A stretch of DNA of 61,296 bases, filler included, from Vannella sp. (GCA_023345925.1; 5 parts of 5 records of this genome joined end to end with filler, not necessarily neighbours in it); one strand, 5' to 3'. Counted from the first letter of the whole stretch, positions 1-12,961 are shown. The notes: generated by a model from the letters alone, not told the origin. Numbers and translations: made by a program.

Positions 1-2945
1 GAGGAGGGGGCGACGGTGAGGGGGACAGGACCTGCTGGGTGGATGAGAGAGAGTAAAGAGGAGAGAATAGAGCTAACCTTTCACTGCTATGGTCTGTGAG
101 AAGCCACAGGAGGCCTCGACAATGTGCTGAGTAGATAAATAAGAGACTTGGTACGGAACAGTCTGGATGGAATAGTCTCCGTGTCCCAATTGCCCATTCG
201 ACCCGTTTCCCCAAGTCAAAAGAGCACCTTGGTGAGTTACAGCAGCAGAATGGAATGCTCCGCAAGAAATGGAGCGGATTTGGCACTCGTGCAGGAAATG
301 GACTTGGTGAGGGGTGCAGCGGGTGGTGGTGTCTCCCAGCCCCAATTCGCCATGTTCTCCCCATCCCCAGGAGTACAGTCTCCCGTCACGACTGAGAACC
401 ATGGTGTGGTTAAACGACTCCACAAATTGGATTGGGCCAAAGTCGAATGGGACTTTGTCAGGACTTAGGCGGTCGGTAAAGTCGCCGAGACCGAGTTGAC
501 CGTCGGCACCGCATCCAAAGGTAAATAAGGCTCCTTCTTCTGTGACGCAAATAGAATGACTCCAACCGCAGGTGATGGTTTGGATCGGGCTGTCTGAAGG
601 GAGGCTTCGGATGCGGGTGGGAGTGTTTCTGTTCTCTTCGTCTCCATGGCCAAGGCGACCTCCTGAGCCCATTCCCCACGACCATACAGAGCCATTAGAG
701 AGTAGAGCCAAGTTATGAGCTCCACCACAAGCAACTTGGGCCACCTTTGCAGTCGAATCGAACTCAACCTGCTTCGGAATGGGAACGGACTCGCACACAA
801 ATCCCATTCCTATTTGGCCCCAAAGATTGCCGCCCCAGCAGAACAGCTTGCCATCTGCACTGACTGCAGCTGAGTGGCTTCCTCCTCCTTGAATTTGTTG
901 GATAGCTTGAGACTCGAACAGGCCAACCTCAGTAAAGTTTAACTTGTCCCTTTCATCACCGTGTCCCAGCTGCCCTTCATCACCTTTGCCAAAAGTAAGA
1001 ACACCGCCCCTATCTAGTTCACAGTAAGTACGCGTTCTCCCTCAACAAGAGTCCTTACTGGTCAATGCAATGATGTGCTTTTGACCACATCTTATCGAGA
1101 TGATGTGCTGGTCATCCAGACTGGGGCAGTTAATCGGGAATGACTCAATCTGGCCTCCAACAAGGCCCCAGATGTAAGACCTGTACAAATGGGAGTCGGG
1201 TACTGTCAAACTTGAAGTCGAGGTATTCAAAGAGCTCTTATGTGGCTCAGTGTCCAACAAAAGGGCCACGCTGGACTGGAAAATGGTTCGAAATCGCCAT
1301 AATGAAGCGGAGTTGGTGTCGCTGATTGAATGGAAGAGGATTAAGTCCAAGTGAGCTTGGAAGTTCTTAGGGGAGTGATGAATGAGAAGCAACAAGACAA
1401 GCTGCATCGTCTCCTCCCGCCAAAAGCCAATTTCCTCTTCATTTGGTCGCTTCTCTTCCGGGAACCTCTTTTGCAGCGCTGGAGCTGGCTTGGAGGTTGC
1501 AGGGGTGTGTCGGTTCTTTGTCAGCAACGAAGAGAACGGGGATCCCAGCAAACTTGGCCGAGGGTTCTCCGTAGGAGGCCCTGGCGCTGGATTTTGAGGC
1601 GGAAGCCGCGCCAAAACAGCATTCTCTAGACTAATGAAAGCTAGCTTGAGGCAGATGAGCTTCTGAATTGGTGTGCGGCCCTTCTCAGAGTTCAGATTTG
1701 ATAATTCCTTCTCTGCAGCCTTCAGAGAGATCCGCCGCAGCTCTGGAGTAATCGAAAGTGGCTGGTGAGTGAATGGATGATCCCGCATATTACGAATGGC
1801 ACATTGCCAAGCTCTTTCCTGCGCAGTATGCTGTCCAATAAGGGCCTCCATCAAAGAGTCATGCACTTCAGAGATAAGAAAGCTACTTTCAGTGAGTTTC
1901 GGAGAATGTCGAAAAAGGAGTCTTACTCTTCGAGTGGCTGGTACAAATGGGCGAATGGAACGATAGAGAAAGTGCTGTAGTCAGTGATGCTCATGAAGCA
2001 AGCGAGAGCATCGCGCTGCAGACTCTCCAGGCGAGTGGAGGCCCAAGCAATGCACTGTAAAGAGACCTCCCCAGTGAGGTTATTCCTCATCAAGCTGGCC
2101 TTTTCTGATTGATAGAAGGAGGATAGATGAGATTTGAACTTCTCTGTGTGCTGGAAGATGAAAGTGAAGAAGTCATCGACCATCAACTGTCCCGCATCGG
2201 AATCCCCCGCCAGAGAGATCATCGCTCGCTCTAGTGTTTGCACGGCCCTTTGAGGAGAGTATGCAAGATGATCTTGCACCATTCGGAGACCGCTACTACC
2301 AGGAGTTGTGGGGAAGTTGTCATAATCCTCATGAGCAAGAAGGATCTCTTCAATGTGGTCAGTCTGCTCCGATGAAGACAGATTGTTCTGCTGCTCTTGA
2401 TCAATCAGATGCTCATAATCGTCTTCATCCTCTGGTTCTCCCTCTGCCTTTAGCGCAACCTCGTTCTGCGGCCAAGGGGAAAGACTTTCCTCCAACATCA
2501 GCAGTTGGAAGGAGTTGTAGTGGTTTGTGTTGATAGAGGTATCTTCCTGGACTACCAGCTTGCGAGGAAGAGACACCACCGAGTCTGCTGGAGTAACAAT
2601 AAGGAAAACATCGGTCATCGTGTGGATCACCTCAGCAGTGATGAGTCCAGTGAGAGAGCGATACTTGGTAGTTTCATTGTTGCTCTGAACCACAAGAATG
2701 TGTGAGAGAACAAACTTCAAAGCCTCCGGAAGCGGTGGGGAAGCCGTTCCCAGCAAATGCGGTCCTTCCTTCGGGCAGCAGAAGAATGCCAAGCGCTCCC
2801 CTGGCACACCACTAGTCAACGAACGATAAGCACTTGGCTCCACCTCTCTCAGCACTTCCAACCACTTGGAAGCAAACTGAGAAGGCGAGAGGTCCGGTGG
2901 AGGCGGCGGCTTCGCCTCCCTCGCCTTCCGCGCAAAGAAGGACAT
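1..2945 (-). CDS. Multi-exon protein with a degenerate VPS9-like domain followed by RCC1 repeats; 3' end runs off the window
   Basis: ORFs 1923..2948, 1042..1866 and 73..807 can be joined by short GT-AG introns (~1887-1926, ~1016-1058, ~31-77). Many RCC1 motifs (ACGGAHNLAL, WGMGSGGRLGHG, CGWSHS, GQLGLG). AEKELSNLN..TPIQKLICL resembles the VPS9 core. Confidence 0.75.
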
Positions 2946-3086
2946 CACAAAATGACCACTTTATCACTTCCTAAGGGCGATTCCTTCTCTTTCAGGCCAA
3001 TCAGATGAGGATACAGAGTTGCCCAAAAGCGGAAGCCTCCGGACAAGTCCATTGTTCCGCGTTCCTTCGTGTTCTCTTCGTTCCAG

Positions 3087-3524
3087 ATGGCGGAGGAGCA
3101 GGTCTTGCGGATGCTCTTCGGTTCGATGCACAGGTGCCGTTATCTAGTGAGCGATGGGTGCTTGGAGGAGTACAGTTTCAGTGGCCTGTCTGCGTCCATC
3201 GCGAATCGCTGTACAGTGGAGGTGTTGAGAGATATCAAAGTACATGGTGAATCCTTTACTGTTGTGTCAGCCTGCTGGTCCAAACCGCACTACTTTGTCA
3301 TCAACAAGACCACCAACGACGTCACTTGGGTCAAAGGAGACCTCAAAACGCCCTACATGGACCATTTTGAGAAGCTCTACATCATTGTCACGTCTCTATC
3401 CAACTGGGTGTCCATCATACGAGACCTAGCGTTGGAAAAGCTTCTCGTAGCCTGGGTGGAGAACAGAGAGTTCGTCCCCGTCAAGACCGCCAGGAAGAAG
3501 CTTGGGTGTGCAACTCATCGATGA
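3087..3524 (+). CDS. Hypothetical ~145-aa protein
   Basis: Open ORF starting at ATG 3087 (MAEEQVLRML), head-to-head with the RCC1 gene; no family recognised. Confidence 0.5.
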   Translation: MAEEQVLRMLFGSMHRCRYLVSDGCLEEYSFSGLSASIANRCTVEVLRDIKVHGESFTVVSACWSKPHYFVINKTTNDVTWVKGDLKTPYMDHFEKLYIIVTSLSNWVSIIRDLALEKLLVAWVENREFVPVKTARKKLGCATHR

Positions 3525-3694
3525 GTGGGATAAACTTGTTTGCTTATAACCAAGAGCTGTCCATTTGAGGGGAGTTTCGCCACAAAACCACCCTTTGCCT
3601 TGCTTGGCCATGGTTGGCTGCAGTTGAAAAGTGCGTCAAAATTCACCATTTAGACGAGAAAGGAAATCTATTCGTGGAATCGTGTAAACGAGAG

Positions 3695-4577
3695 TTATCC
3701 GAAGAAATACCAAATGACAAAGGAGATCACACCAATGAGGGTCAGCGTGCAACACTGCAGAAGGGTGAGAAGAGTGGTTGATTGTTGGTTCAATACGTAC
3801 CACAAGGACCGCAGCAAGGATTATAGCCATCTTGATGTTTTCCTTGATCATTTGGCACTTCAAGGACTTGGCCCGCTTGTGGAATACAACAGACTTGTCC
3901 TCCAACGCTTCAGCTTGAGTCATGATGTGATCCAATGCCTCTCCACGTTCCAGAACCTTTTCTACAGCGTATGTAAGGCGAGAGTCTCTGCAACAGTGAA
4001 GGACGGACCGATGTTCGAGTGCATGATGTTCTTCACTTCTGTCACTTGGCTGTTCAGCGCCCGAATTTTGTCGACGCTCACGTCTTCAGAGTAGAATTTC
4101 TAATGCCCGCCACCCTTCATCAGACTGATTGACCAGGAGACGGCATCAAGAAAAGCCGTTGGCTGTCGTACCATTTTGTCCTGGAGAAACAGCTGCAGTT
4201 GACGTTGCCCCTGTGCAGTGTTGAGATCTCCATTGGACTGATACTCCTGCGAGATAGCTTGCAAAAACTTGAAGCAGATGCGATGGGGGAACTCCGCTGT
4301 TGCAGCGGAGATGAAGACGATTTCATCGTCCACCAGGTACTGAATTGTATGACTAAATCATGCTCCACTATCAGATCGCTGCCTGCTACTTCTGTTGGGA
4401 GTTGGCTTACCCCTTTGTCTGGGGAGCAGCACCAAAGGAGCGCTTCTGGTCAATCTGGTAGTCAATGCTTGTAAGCAGCGACTGAATCACTGGATTGACA
4501 GCAGGAACGTCACTGTGGAAAGCCTTCAGACCACTAACAGTGGCAATCCCACCAAAGACGATACTCCCCTCAGACAT
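3695..4577 (-). CDS. Longin-domain R-SNARE (VAMP7-like)
   Basis: Longin-like segment (EFPHRICFKFLQAISQEY), SNARE coil (IMTQAEALEDKSVVFHKRAKSLK) and C-terminal TM helix after splicing (..TLIGVISFVIWYFFG*); several short introns. Confidence 0.85.
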
Positions 4578-4729
4578 CCACTGAGAGGGGAAGAAGAAAT
4601 GAACTTTCCACTTCACCCAATCGCCGAATGTCGCTTGAATTTGATTTCTCGCAAATTCTACATTTTATCAACACAGCGAGCAACGTTGCTGAACTGAGAG
4701 CTTGGAGTGAGTCCACTAGGGAGGGAAAG

Positions 4730-5956
4730 CTAGGACTTGTATTCGGTGGACGACAGCTCCACAACGAAGCCGAGACCAAGCTTGGCGAACTCAAGGCCGT
4801 GTTCGAGACTGGCGTGGGCGAGAGTGTCTTTGTCGGTGTGAATGTACGGGTTATGAGCGAGGAACTCCGACTCGAATGGGAATGTAGATCTGTATCCTGC
4901 TTTGGTCCAAGATGCATGATCGGAGCAACCATATCCACACTACGTGGGCACTGTGAGAGACAATTCAGTGATGCAGCCAATGACATACCACTGTGTTTAC
5001 CCAGGGGATGTCACAGTAAGCATCCACAAGCTCACGGGTGAACTGAGTGAGTTCAGCGCTCACAAAGTCAGTGACAACGCCAACCACATTCTCGTTGTTG
5101 GTCCCCACGTAGAAGGTCATGTCCAGCTGCATCATACCCACAATCACCTTCTCTTCTGAAGCATAGTCGCTAGCAACAGCTTGGCTTCCTAGAAGGCCCA
5201 CTTCCTCAGCACTACAAAGGTGTGAGACTTCTCAAAGACCTCCTTCCGGGTCACGCACGCGTAGAAGTGGAATTCAACAGTGCGGTTGGGCTTGAATCCG
5301 TTTGCCATCAAGACACGGAACACCTCAAGCACGCATACGGTACCGGAGCCGTCGTCGTCCACTCCAGGGGAGCGTCCCAAAGGTCCAAAGTGGATGCTAT
5401 CCTCGTGGCTCCCGAGAATGACAGTGTCTGACGATAAAGCACCCTCAACCCTTTGCTGTGGTTAGATGGCGAGAGTCACAGAAGGAGCCTCGTACCGAGC
5501 AATGACGGAAGGTTGGGGCGCGGTGGTGGTAGAGTTGAAGAAGGTGATGGTCACGTCCTTGCGATTGGAAGCGTAAGCAGTAGCAGTCGAGTAGATGTAT
5601 TCGGCTGCTTGCATGCCTGTTTGGGTGGCGTAGAAGCGGGTGTGGAAGGAGGAAAGAGTCTCCACGTTTGCGCGCATGTTGTTCATATCCAGTTTGCGCA
5701 GAAGGGAGCGAACATAGCGCTTCTGCTGTGGTTGATTGGGAAGAGGAGGCCCAGAGGGAACAGCAGCTTCACCCAGGTCCTGAAAGTTGGTAATATCCAT
5801 GAAAGACACGCCGTCTTCCTTCAACGCCAGCATCTCCTTCTTCGACATCCATTCAGGCGCTCCTTCCTCAGTTTGTTGAATCAAGTGAGACTTCTCTCCG
5901 CCCAAAGCGGCAACAAAACCGACACAAACAAGAACCACCCAGAGCCAATGCGCCAT
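4730..5956 (-). CDS. Secreted M28-family leucyl aminopeptidase
   Basis: Signal peptide; after splicing, motifs [37 protein letters not shown] and YIHT. Confidence 0.9.
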
Positions 5957-6213
5957 GCCCGCAGAAAAGGAAAGGAAATGAAGCCACTTTCATGAAGTCG
6001 TTTGTAAAAGAGGCTCTCCACAGTCCACACAATGCCAAGGGTCCCTAATCACTCCCCAGGAGGAGACAACGGATCTCACAAACTCAATGAAGAGGGAGGA
6101 ATGTCACTCCCTTGTTGAGCCAGCCTCTTGAAGCAATAGCGGAGGGTAAAACACACAAGCTCTTCTGGAAGGAAAAGCTGCTCCCCTCATTCCAGGGGAA
6201 CAAAAAGGTTCTG

Positions 6214-6941
6214 TCAAAGTGGGTTCGTATTCTCCTCCAGCAGTGGTTCAGAGGATAAGTGGACCAGTTTCTCTTGGAGAGTGGCGAGAACGTTCTTTTC
6301 GTATTCTAATGAGGCTTTGGAACGTTCCAGCTGGAAGTGAGAGTGAGTTTCGAGAATGCACATTCGGGAGAGAGCTTCTTGCTCACCTGGCTTTGGCATT
6401 GCTCAATGCAGCGATTCCAAGCTACTATGGCCTGTTCCTGTTGTGCAATGCGGTTCTCTAAAGCTCGTGATCGCGATGGTGGGCCCGTTTCCAGCTCTTC
6501 TGTTTTTGAAAGGAAGAAGTGGCGCTTCTTCCATGCTTGATAAGTCTCTTCCTCTTCAGGTGTAAAGGAACGCTTCTTTCCTATCTTCGCCTCGCTATGT
6601 GAAGTCTCCTCGTCCGAGATATCCTCCGAAGGCTCATCAAACAGTTCGATGATGTTCGAGGAAGGCTTCTCCGGACCCTTTCCACAGTAAGGTTGAAGTG
6701 TAAACGATAAGAGAGTATTGGTTCCTGCTTCCCACACCGGTCCACGGGTAGGATGAGGCAAGACGGGTCTCTTCATCAACTTCTCCCATTCGTCCTCCTC
6801 CGAGCTCTTAGCAGCTTTGCTCTCCCCCCTCTTCCCATCCTTCTTCCCCACCTTCCTCTCCACCTTCTTCGACGTCTCTTCCGCCACTCTAGGTCGAGCA
6901 GCTCCATCCTTTGAAGGAAAGAAGGATCGGATGTCCATCAT
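6214..6941 (-). CDS. Hypothetical charged/coiled-coil protein
   Basis: Starts MMDIRSFF; one GT-AG intron (~6331-6387) joins it to LERSKASLEYEK...NPL*. Confidence 0.55.
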
Positions 6942-7029
6942 CCAGGATGCACCAGGAGCAAGAAAAAATGATTTAAAAAGGCTGCAAAGGACAGAGCCAG
7001 AGCCAGAGCCGAGAGAATGAGTCACTCAC

Positions 7030-8573
7030 TCACTTGCATGGCCAAACTCGCACATTTTGGTCCACACTGCCAGTGACCAAGTGAGGGTCTCGCGAGTTAA
7101 AGTCAGCGCAGGCAATAAAGTGCTCGTGAGCCTCCGCCAAGATTTTGATGCAGCGGCGCTCGGCCAGGTCCCACACTCGAATGCTCTTGTCATCAGAGAC
7201 GCTCAAAAGGTGTTTGCCATTGGGATGGAAGATCACTTCGCGAATCCAGTTATCGTGGCCCTCCTAGAGGGTAAGGATGCCCAAGGGTCAGGTAGGAAGG
7301 GTGGAAAGGGAAATAGTGACTTACGAGCATAAAAATACATTGCTGGGTGGATGTCTCCCACACCCGGACAGTCTTATCGCGTGAACCTGATGCAATGAAG
7401 GCCCCATGAGGTTGCGCCTTCTTCTTATTCTTCTCAGCCTCAGGCGTGAGCGGGACAACGTTGGTGGGAGAGAAAGCAATGCACTCGACCACGTGAGTGT
7501 GCTCCCGCAGAACGCCCATGGGCTGGCCTGTTACTGCATTCCATGTGCGAATCGTCTGTTTGGTCTGCATGAGGGAGTGTGTGGCACTTCTGGGAGAGAG
7601 CTCACCTGGTCGCTGGAGCAAGTGGCAAGGATAGTGCCTTCCTCATTCACAATGACCTTGCGCACCCAATCGTCGTGGCCTGTGATGGTTTGAGTGCAGT
7701 AGCCCGTGCTGATATCCCACTTCTTGATGGACTTGTCCCGAGAACACGAGTACAGATAGTCCCCAGCAGGTGCAAAGATCACACAAGAGACGTTGTGCTC
7801 ATGCCCACGCAAGGTCTTCATGCATTCCTTGCCAGAGGAGCTGAAGTTCCAGAGCTTCACGGTCATGTCCGCTGAGGAAGTAGCCAAGACGTTGCCTGTG
7901 TGATCAAAAGCAAGGGACTGGACTGAGTTGGTGTGCCCTCGTAGCGTCGTCTCGTATTCTCCTGTTTCAAAGTCCCACAGACGGACCGTGGCGTCTTCAG
8001 AGGCGCTAACGAGGGAGCTACAGAGCGGCGCGCCCGCTTGTAAGCACCCCTGAATGATCTAAAGAGAGGAGGGCTCGAACCTGAAGATAGGATGGAACTT
8101 GACGGCAGTAATGTTCCCTTTGTGGCCCCGGAGCGTGTGGATAGACGGAGGACGAGGAATAGCATCCGTGTTCTGCTTGCGACGAGCTCCTGATCCAGAG
8201 GCTAACTCGGAGGTCATCAGATCGACCTTTGTCTCGAGTTCGAGAATCTGAACACCACCCAGACGTGAAGGGTGAGTGACAAGACCTCCTTACGCCCACC
8301 AAGGGCCAAGTCTGTCCCCTTTCCCTGGTGACAGGTGCACCCTACCTTCTTTTGTTGTCGTAGCACTGAGGTCCACTTCTTCACCAACATTCCAGACGAG
8401 GAGGCGGGAGAAGGCTCCGTGCGCGACTCGTTCTTAAAAATCTCCGCGCTCTCTTCGAATCCACTCGTCTCCAGATAGTCCAAGATAGCCTGATGACTAA
8501 CCACCCATTAGACCCTCCCCTCCACCAACCACCCAGCCTACAGGTCACGTTTCTGCTTGTGGGAGAGCGCCAT
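7030..8573 (-). CDS. LIS1: LIS1 (PAFAH1B1/NudF) dynein regulator
   Basis: N-terminal LisH ([10 protein letters not shown]), [12 protein letters not shown] coil and WD40 repeats ([31 protein letters not shown]); multiple introns. Confidence 0.95.
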
Positions 8574-8721
8574 GGCCCGTCGCCCTCGACCAACAAGTAA
8601 CTGCCAATCAATTAGCGCCAACCTAAAGAACCACCATTTAATTCTAAATACGAAGCCACTGAAGGATTATGAGTTTGGGTGATTCATTGGTTCTTTTCTT
8701 TGGGTCCCGCCTGCGCTTGAC
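8574..8721. promoter_or_regulatory. Short bidirectional promoter between LIS1 and eIF1A
   Basis: 148 bp between divergent ATGs; contains a CCAAT box (~8604) and TCATT (~8684). Confidence 0.5.
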
Positions 8722-9370
8722 ATGCCGAAGAACAAAGGAAAGGGAGGAAAGAGCAAGCGAAAGGGAAAGAATAATGGTGGAGAAGGGAGCAAGCGACAGC
8801 TGATCTTGAAGGTGGAGGGCCAAGGTGTGTAGGGAAGGGAGTGTTTGTGGGGATGTGGTGTTGATCGAGGGTTCAGAGTACGCTCAGGTGTCTACCGTTC
8901 TTGGTAACTGTCGTGTACGTTGTACTTGTTTTGATGGAGTGGATCGCCTGTGCCATGTGCGCGGCAAGTTCCGAAGAAGGGTTTGGATCAACAGAGATGA
9001 CATCGTCCTCATTGGACTCCGCGATTATCAAGACGAGAAGGCCGACATCATCCACAGGTACTCCCTAGAGGAGGCACGTACTCTCAAATCTCTTGGAGAG
9101 TTACCCGCGAAAGGTATGTGCAACTGGAGGCTGCCCTTAACGAAACTAACGAAACTGGTTGCAGCTCGTATTGATATTGACACTACGGACTACGGAGATG
9201 GAGATGAGCTTGATGAGCGTGATGAAGTCGCAGCACAGAGCTACTTGGGTCTTGATGGCATCGATCTCTCTGATTCTGAAGAGGATGAGGATGACGATGA
9301 GGACGATGACGAGGATGATGACGATGAAGAGGATGAGGACTCTGTAGACTCAGAGTTGGATGCATTGTAA
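8722..9370 (+). CDS. EIF1A: Translation initiation factor eIF1A
   Basis: [10 protein letters not shown] start, GQEYAQV..LGN.R..C.CFDG..RLCH.RGK, long acidic tail; two introns (~8825-8876, ~9114-9164). Confidence 0.95.
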
Positions 9371-9490
9371 CCATCTTAATACCTTTGAAGACTTCCGTCG
9401 GCTAAAATCGCTTTGTTTACCCCCAGTTGAAGGACACATTGAAGGAGAGAGGTTCACCTTTCTGCGTCGCAGTCTGAGGCTTTATCCAAG

Positions 9491-11213
9491 TTATGATATG
9501 ATACGGCGGGAGACTTCCATTGGGAGTCCGTGGGACATGCTCAGGGTGAGGGCCCACTCATCATCGATGATAGCGCCTTCGGCTACTCGGAAGGAGAATG
9601 AACGGAGAAGAAGAACTATAACAGCGAGCATCTCGTACAAAGCCATCTGTTCCCCAATGCATCTGCGCACACCAGCACCGAAGGGAACGTAGGCACCAGT
9701 TGGGATGCTTTTCGGGTTGTCTCCTTCCCACCGAGAAGGATCAAAGCTATCTGCATTCTCCCATACATCCCGTCGGCGATGCATGGCGTATGGAGCCCAC
9801 CTGACGAAGTGTGAGAGAGCGAGGAGGACCTCTTCGAGAGTGTCTTACGTGACGTGAGCGCCTTTCTTCAACTTGAACCCGCAGATTTCATCATCTTGCG
9901 TCAATGTCCGTCCACGAACGGGAGCTGGAGGCCGTAAACGAAGTGTCTCTTGCAGAACGCATCGAAGATACTTAAAGTTCCCCAAATCCTCGAAGGAAAG
10001 CTCTTCTGACGTGGCAAAGGAGGCATCAATCTCTTCTAGTACTCTCTCTTCCACTTCTGCATTCTCTGTAATGTAGTACTGGGGTAAAGGGGGTCAGTGC
10101 GAGAGCCCCAAGATCAAAATAGTGACTTACAAGCAACCAACAAAGCGTGCTTCTGGTGGTGTCATGTCCAGCAAACATGAAAGTTAGCAGCTCACGCTGA
10201 ATCTTTGTGTCGGTGTACACAAGAAGGTCAGCACCTGGCTGATAATTGATCATGAGGGAAAGAAGATCAGTTGCATCAGCATAGGATTCATTCCCTCCCA
10301 TCTCCTTGCGGCGCAAGGTTATAGAGTCTTGAATAGCGCCTTCCAGTAGTCCAAAGGATTGATTAAATCGCTTCACAGCTGGAAGGAACCCGAGCCACTT
10401 CCACGCGAACTTTGGCAAAGGACAATAGAACTGGAACATCAGCTGCTTCAACACCACATCCCACGCGCTCTCATAAGGATTAGAATCTTGCGTTTGAGAC
10501 TGAAAGTCGATTCCCAAAGCGACCAGCCCGATAACATCAAAAGTGAGTTTCTGGAATTCAGTTTGCATGTCCAAGGTCCTGGGAGCACCCGCTTGAGTTG
10601 AAGCGTTCACAAATCGGTCTAGATTGGTGCACAAGAGGTCTGTTCGTTGTTGGAACAGAGGAATCATCGACTTTAAGCTTTGTCGATGGAATGCAGCCCC
10701 CACTGCCCTCCCAGGTTATCTTTGCTGGTACTCTGATGATGTGAGGACTTACAAACTTGGCGAGAGCTCTTCCAGAGAGGTCCATTGTCCTGCATGAGCA
10801 ATCCGCCTTCCAACATGCAAGCGAGTGACGTTTGCTCGAGCGTACTGCGGTTGTACTGAGGCTGGTGCTTGACGAGGATGTGGTGGATCCCCTCCGGATC
10901 GTTGACAAAGATGACTGGCTGCACTCGCTGTTAGAGATCCAGTTTGGAGCCATCGTTCCTTGAGGCCTCTTACGATCATTCCAGCTAACCACACACGAGC
11001 GACCTTTCCATAGTGTTCATACTCGGGCGCACCCAGCATTTTGTGCATGTCTTTGAGGTGGAATAAGCACGACACCGTGTTCCCTAGCAAAGGCCAGGGG
11101 GTCGGTCCTTTCAGTCCATCCCTCGCAGCCCATCGCCACCTACGCCCATCAGATACCTCACCATTCAATCTCTCCCCACTCACACCACCAACCAATGAAG
11201 GAGAATCGCCAAG
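9491..11213 (-). CDS. Cytochrome P450; 5' end lost in the gap
   Basis: GPTPWPLLGN hinge, I-helix FAGHDTT, ETLR, PSRW and heme motif FGAGVRRCIG. Confidence 0.95.
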
Positions 11214-11313
11214 NNNNNNNNNNNNNNNNNNNNNNNNNNNNNNNNNNNNNNNNNNNNTTAATTAATTAANNNNNNNNNNNNNNNNNNNNNNNNNNNNNNN
11301 NNNNNNNNNNNNN
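11214..11313. other. Artificial contig spacer N44-TTAATTAATTAA-N44
   Basis: The identical 100-bp spacer, which has stops in all six frames, recurs four times. Confidence 0.95.
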
Positions 11314-12961
11314 GAGGAGGGACCTCGTCATTCACTATCGAAAAGAAGCCGAGGGGAGAAGCAGAGATAACACAGGAGCGCTTCGCACCGTGTTGTAGCT
11401 CTTCTCTGGGACTCCTTTTCCGGGCTTTTTGCAGTAGCTTGCATTGAGAGCAGGTCACCTCCTTCCCATGACCTTTGGTGACCTTCCGATGCAAAGTGCA
11501 GTACGAGAAGTGCGAACATGGTCGGAGCCCCTTCTGAGGGTCCGCTGGAACGCTCTTCGAACAAACATCAGCGTTTTGGACGAGGACGCCAACTCGCAGG
11601 ATGAGGGAGGAACGCATTTGATCGTAGGATTCTTCTACTCGGCGTGTACATGCGCGACTGCAGAGCTCTTTGGTCAGTTTCTTCTCGCATCGAGGGCAGT
11701 TGCCTGTGTTGACCGGCTCGTCTGGTCCATCGGTGTCCACACAGCTACCGCTTTTGCACACGGGGAACTCACCAGCCAACTCTGTACAGCACGATACGCA
11801 GCGTAGCAAGCGCCTCACTGTTCTCCCGCGGCACTCATTGCAGGCAACAAAGTGTCCGCATGAACTCGTCATGTTCCCCTTTGCGGGTACGGTTAGGACA
11901 CTGGTAGATTGGCATACTTGGCAGTTGAAGTTGTACGTTCCTTGGTGGAAGGTGAAGGCGGAGAGTTTGGGGGCAAAGTAGTCATTCAGGGGGCTGAATG
12001 AAAGACCTGGGTCACCGGACGCTTCCACGGCAACAGGCAGAGTATGCAGACGAGAAGAGGAAGGGAGCGTATTTGATAAGGTTCTTACAGCCCGAGGGAG
12101 GACTGGAGAGGTCTGTATAGGCGGGGTAAAGTGAGAGGAATAAGGTGTACCAAACAGCGAATAGGTGGGAGCGGGCTGTTGGAAAGATTGCTGTGAAAGC
12201 TGGTGGGGCTGGGAGGTGTGTAATGGGCCTTTCTGATAGGGGTGATGTTGCGATTGGTCGTACGTCCTTGGCGGTCTTCTAGGGGTTGGGCGCCGGGGAA
12301 ACAGTCGGGAGGCTGCCGCAGCTTCACCCCTATCAAAGGAGAGATCAGTAGTTGGAGGTGCAAAGCTCACAGGAAGTGAACAAGCTCGTCTGACGGTAGG
12401 GAAAAACACCTGGTCGTGAGGACCACCAAGCGCGCTCCAGCCGGGAGGGTCGTGGTAGTACTGCCCAGGCTCTGTAGCATGGTATTGCTGAGGAGTTGGG
12501 GTTGCGTAGTGTTGGTTGGTTACTTGGAAGGCTTGAGGAGGAAAGAGGAGCTGCTCTTGCTGCTGCCGGTGGTATTGAGGGGCGATTGGGGCTCTTTCCC
12601 ACTCCAGTGTTTCTCGTTGGTTCCATTGAGCTACCTCTGCATCCCACAGATCGAGAGAGAGGTTGGAAGGTCTAAAGGTTTGCTGGAGTTCCTCTATTCC
12701 GGAAAGGACAGGAAAGGCTAAGCTCTCTTCTCCTTCTCCCTTAGCTTCGTCGGTGCTATTCTCGGAGAACTGTTGAAGACCCTTCGGTTCCCATAGGGCC
12801 TCTAAGTTGTCGGGGCTGGGAGTGTTGATGGTAATGGTCGGGGAGAAAATGGCTTCCGTCGGCTCTTCCCGATTCCTTGAGTAATGCTGTACTTGGTCAA
12901 GTTCTCCGTCCTTAAATGGTCGGTCGTTCACTTTGCTCGTGTCAGTCCCCCACCAGCTCAT
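11314..12961 (-). CDS. Hypothetical protein: acidic/Q/P-rich N-terminal half and Cys-rich (multiple CxxC) C-terminal half; 3' end truncated
   Basis: Single long ORF from MSWWGTD; CQVC, CGH..CNEC, CVSC, CPRC, CSRAC and CSQC, followed by basic KARKR. Confidence 0.7.

Noticed and set aside
9283..9340. GAT/GAC/GAG trinucleotide tract
   Set aside because: Encodes the acidic eIF1A tail, which is expected though somewhat long.
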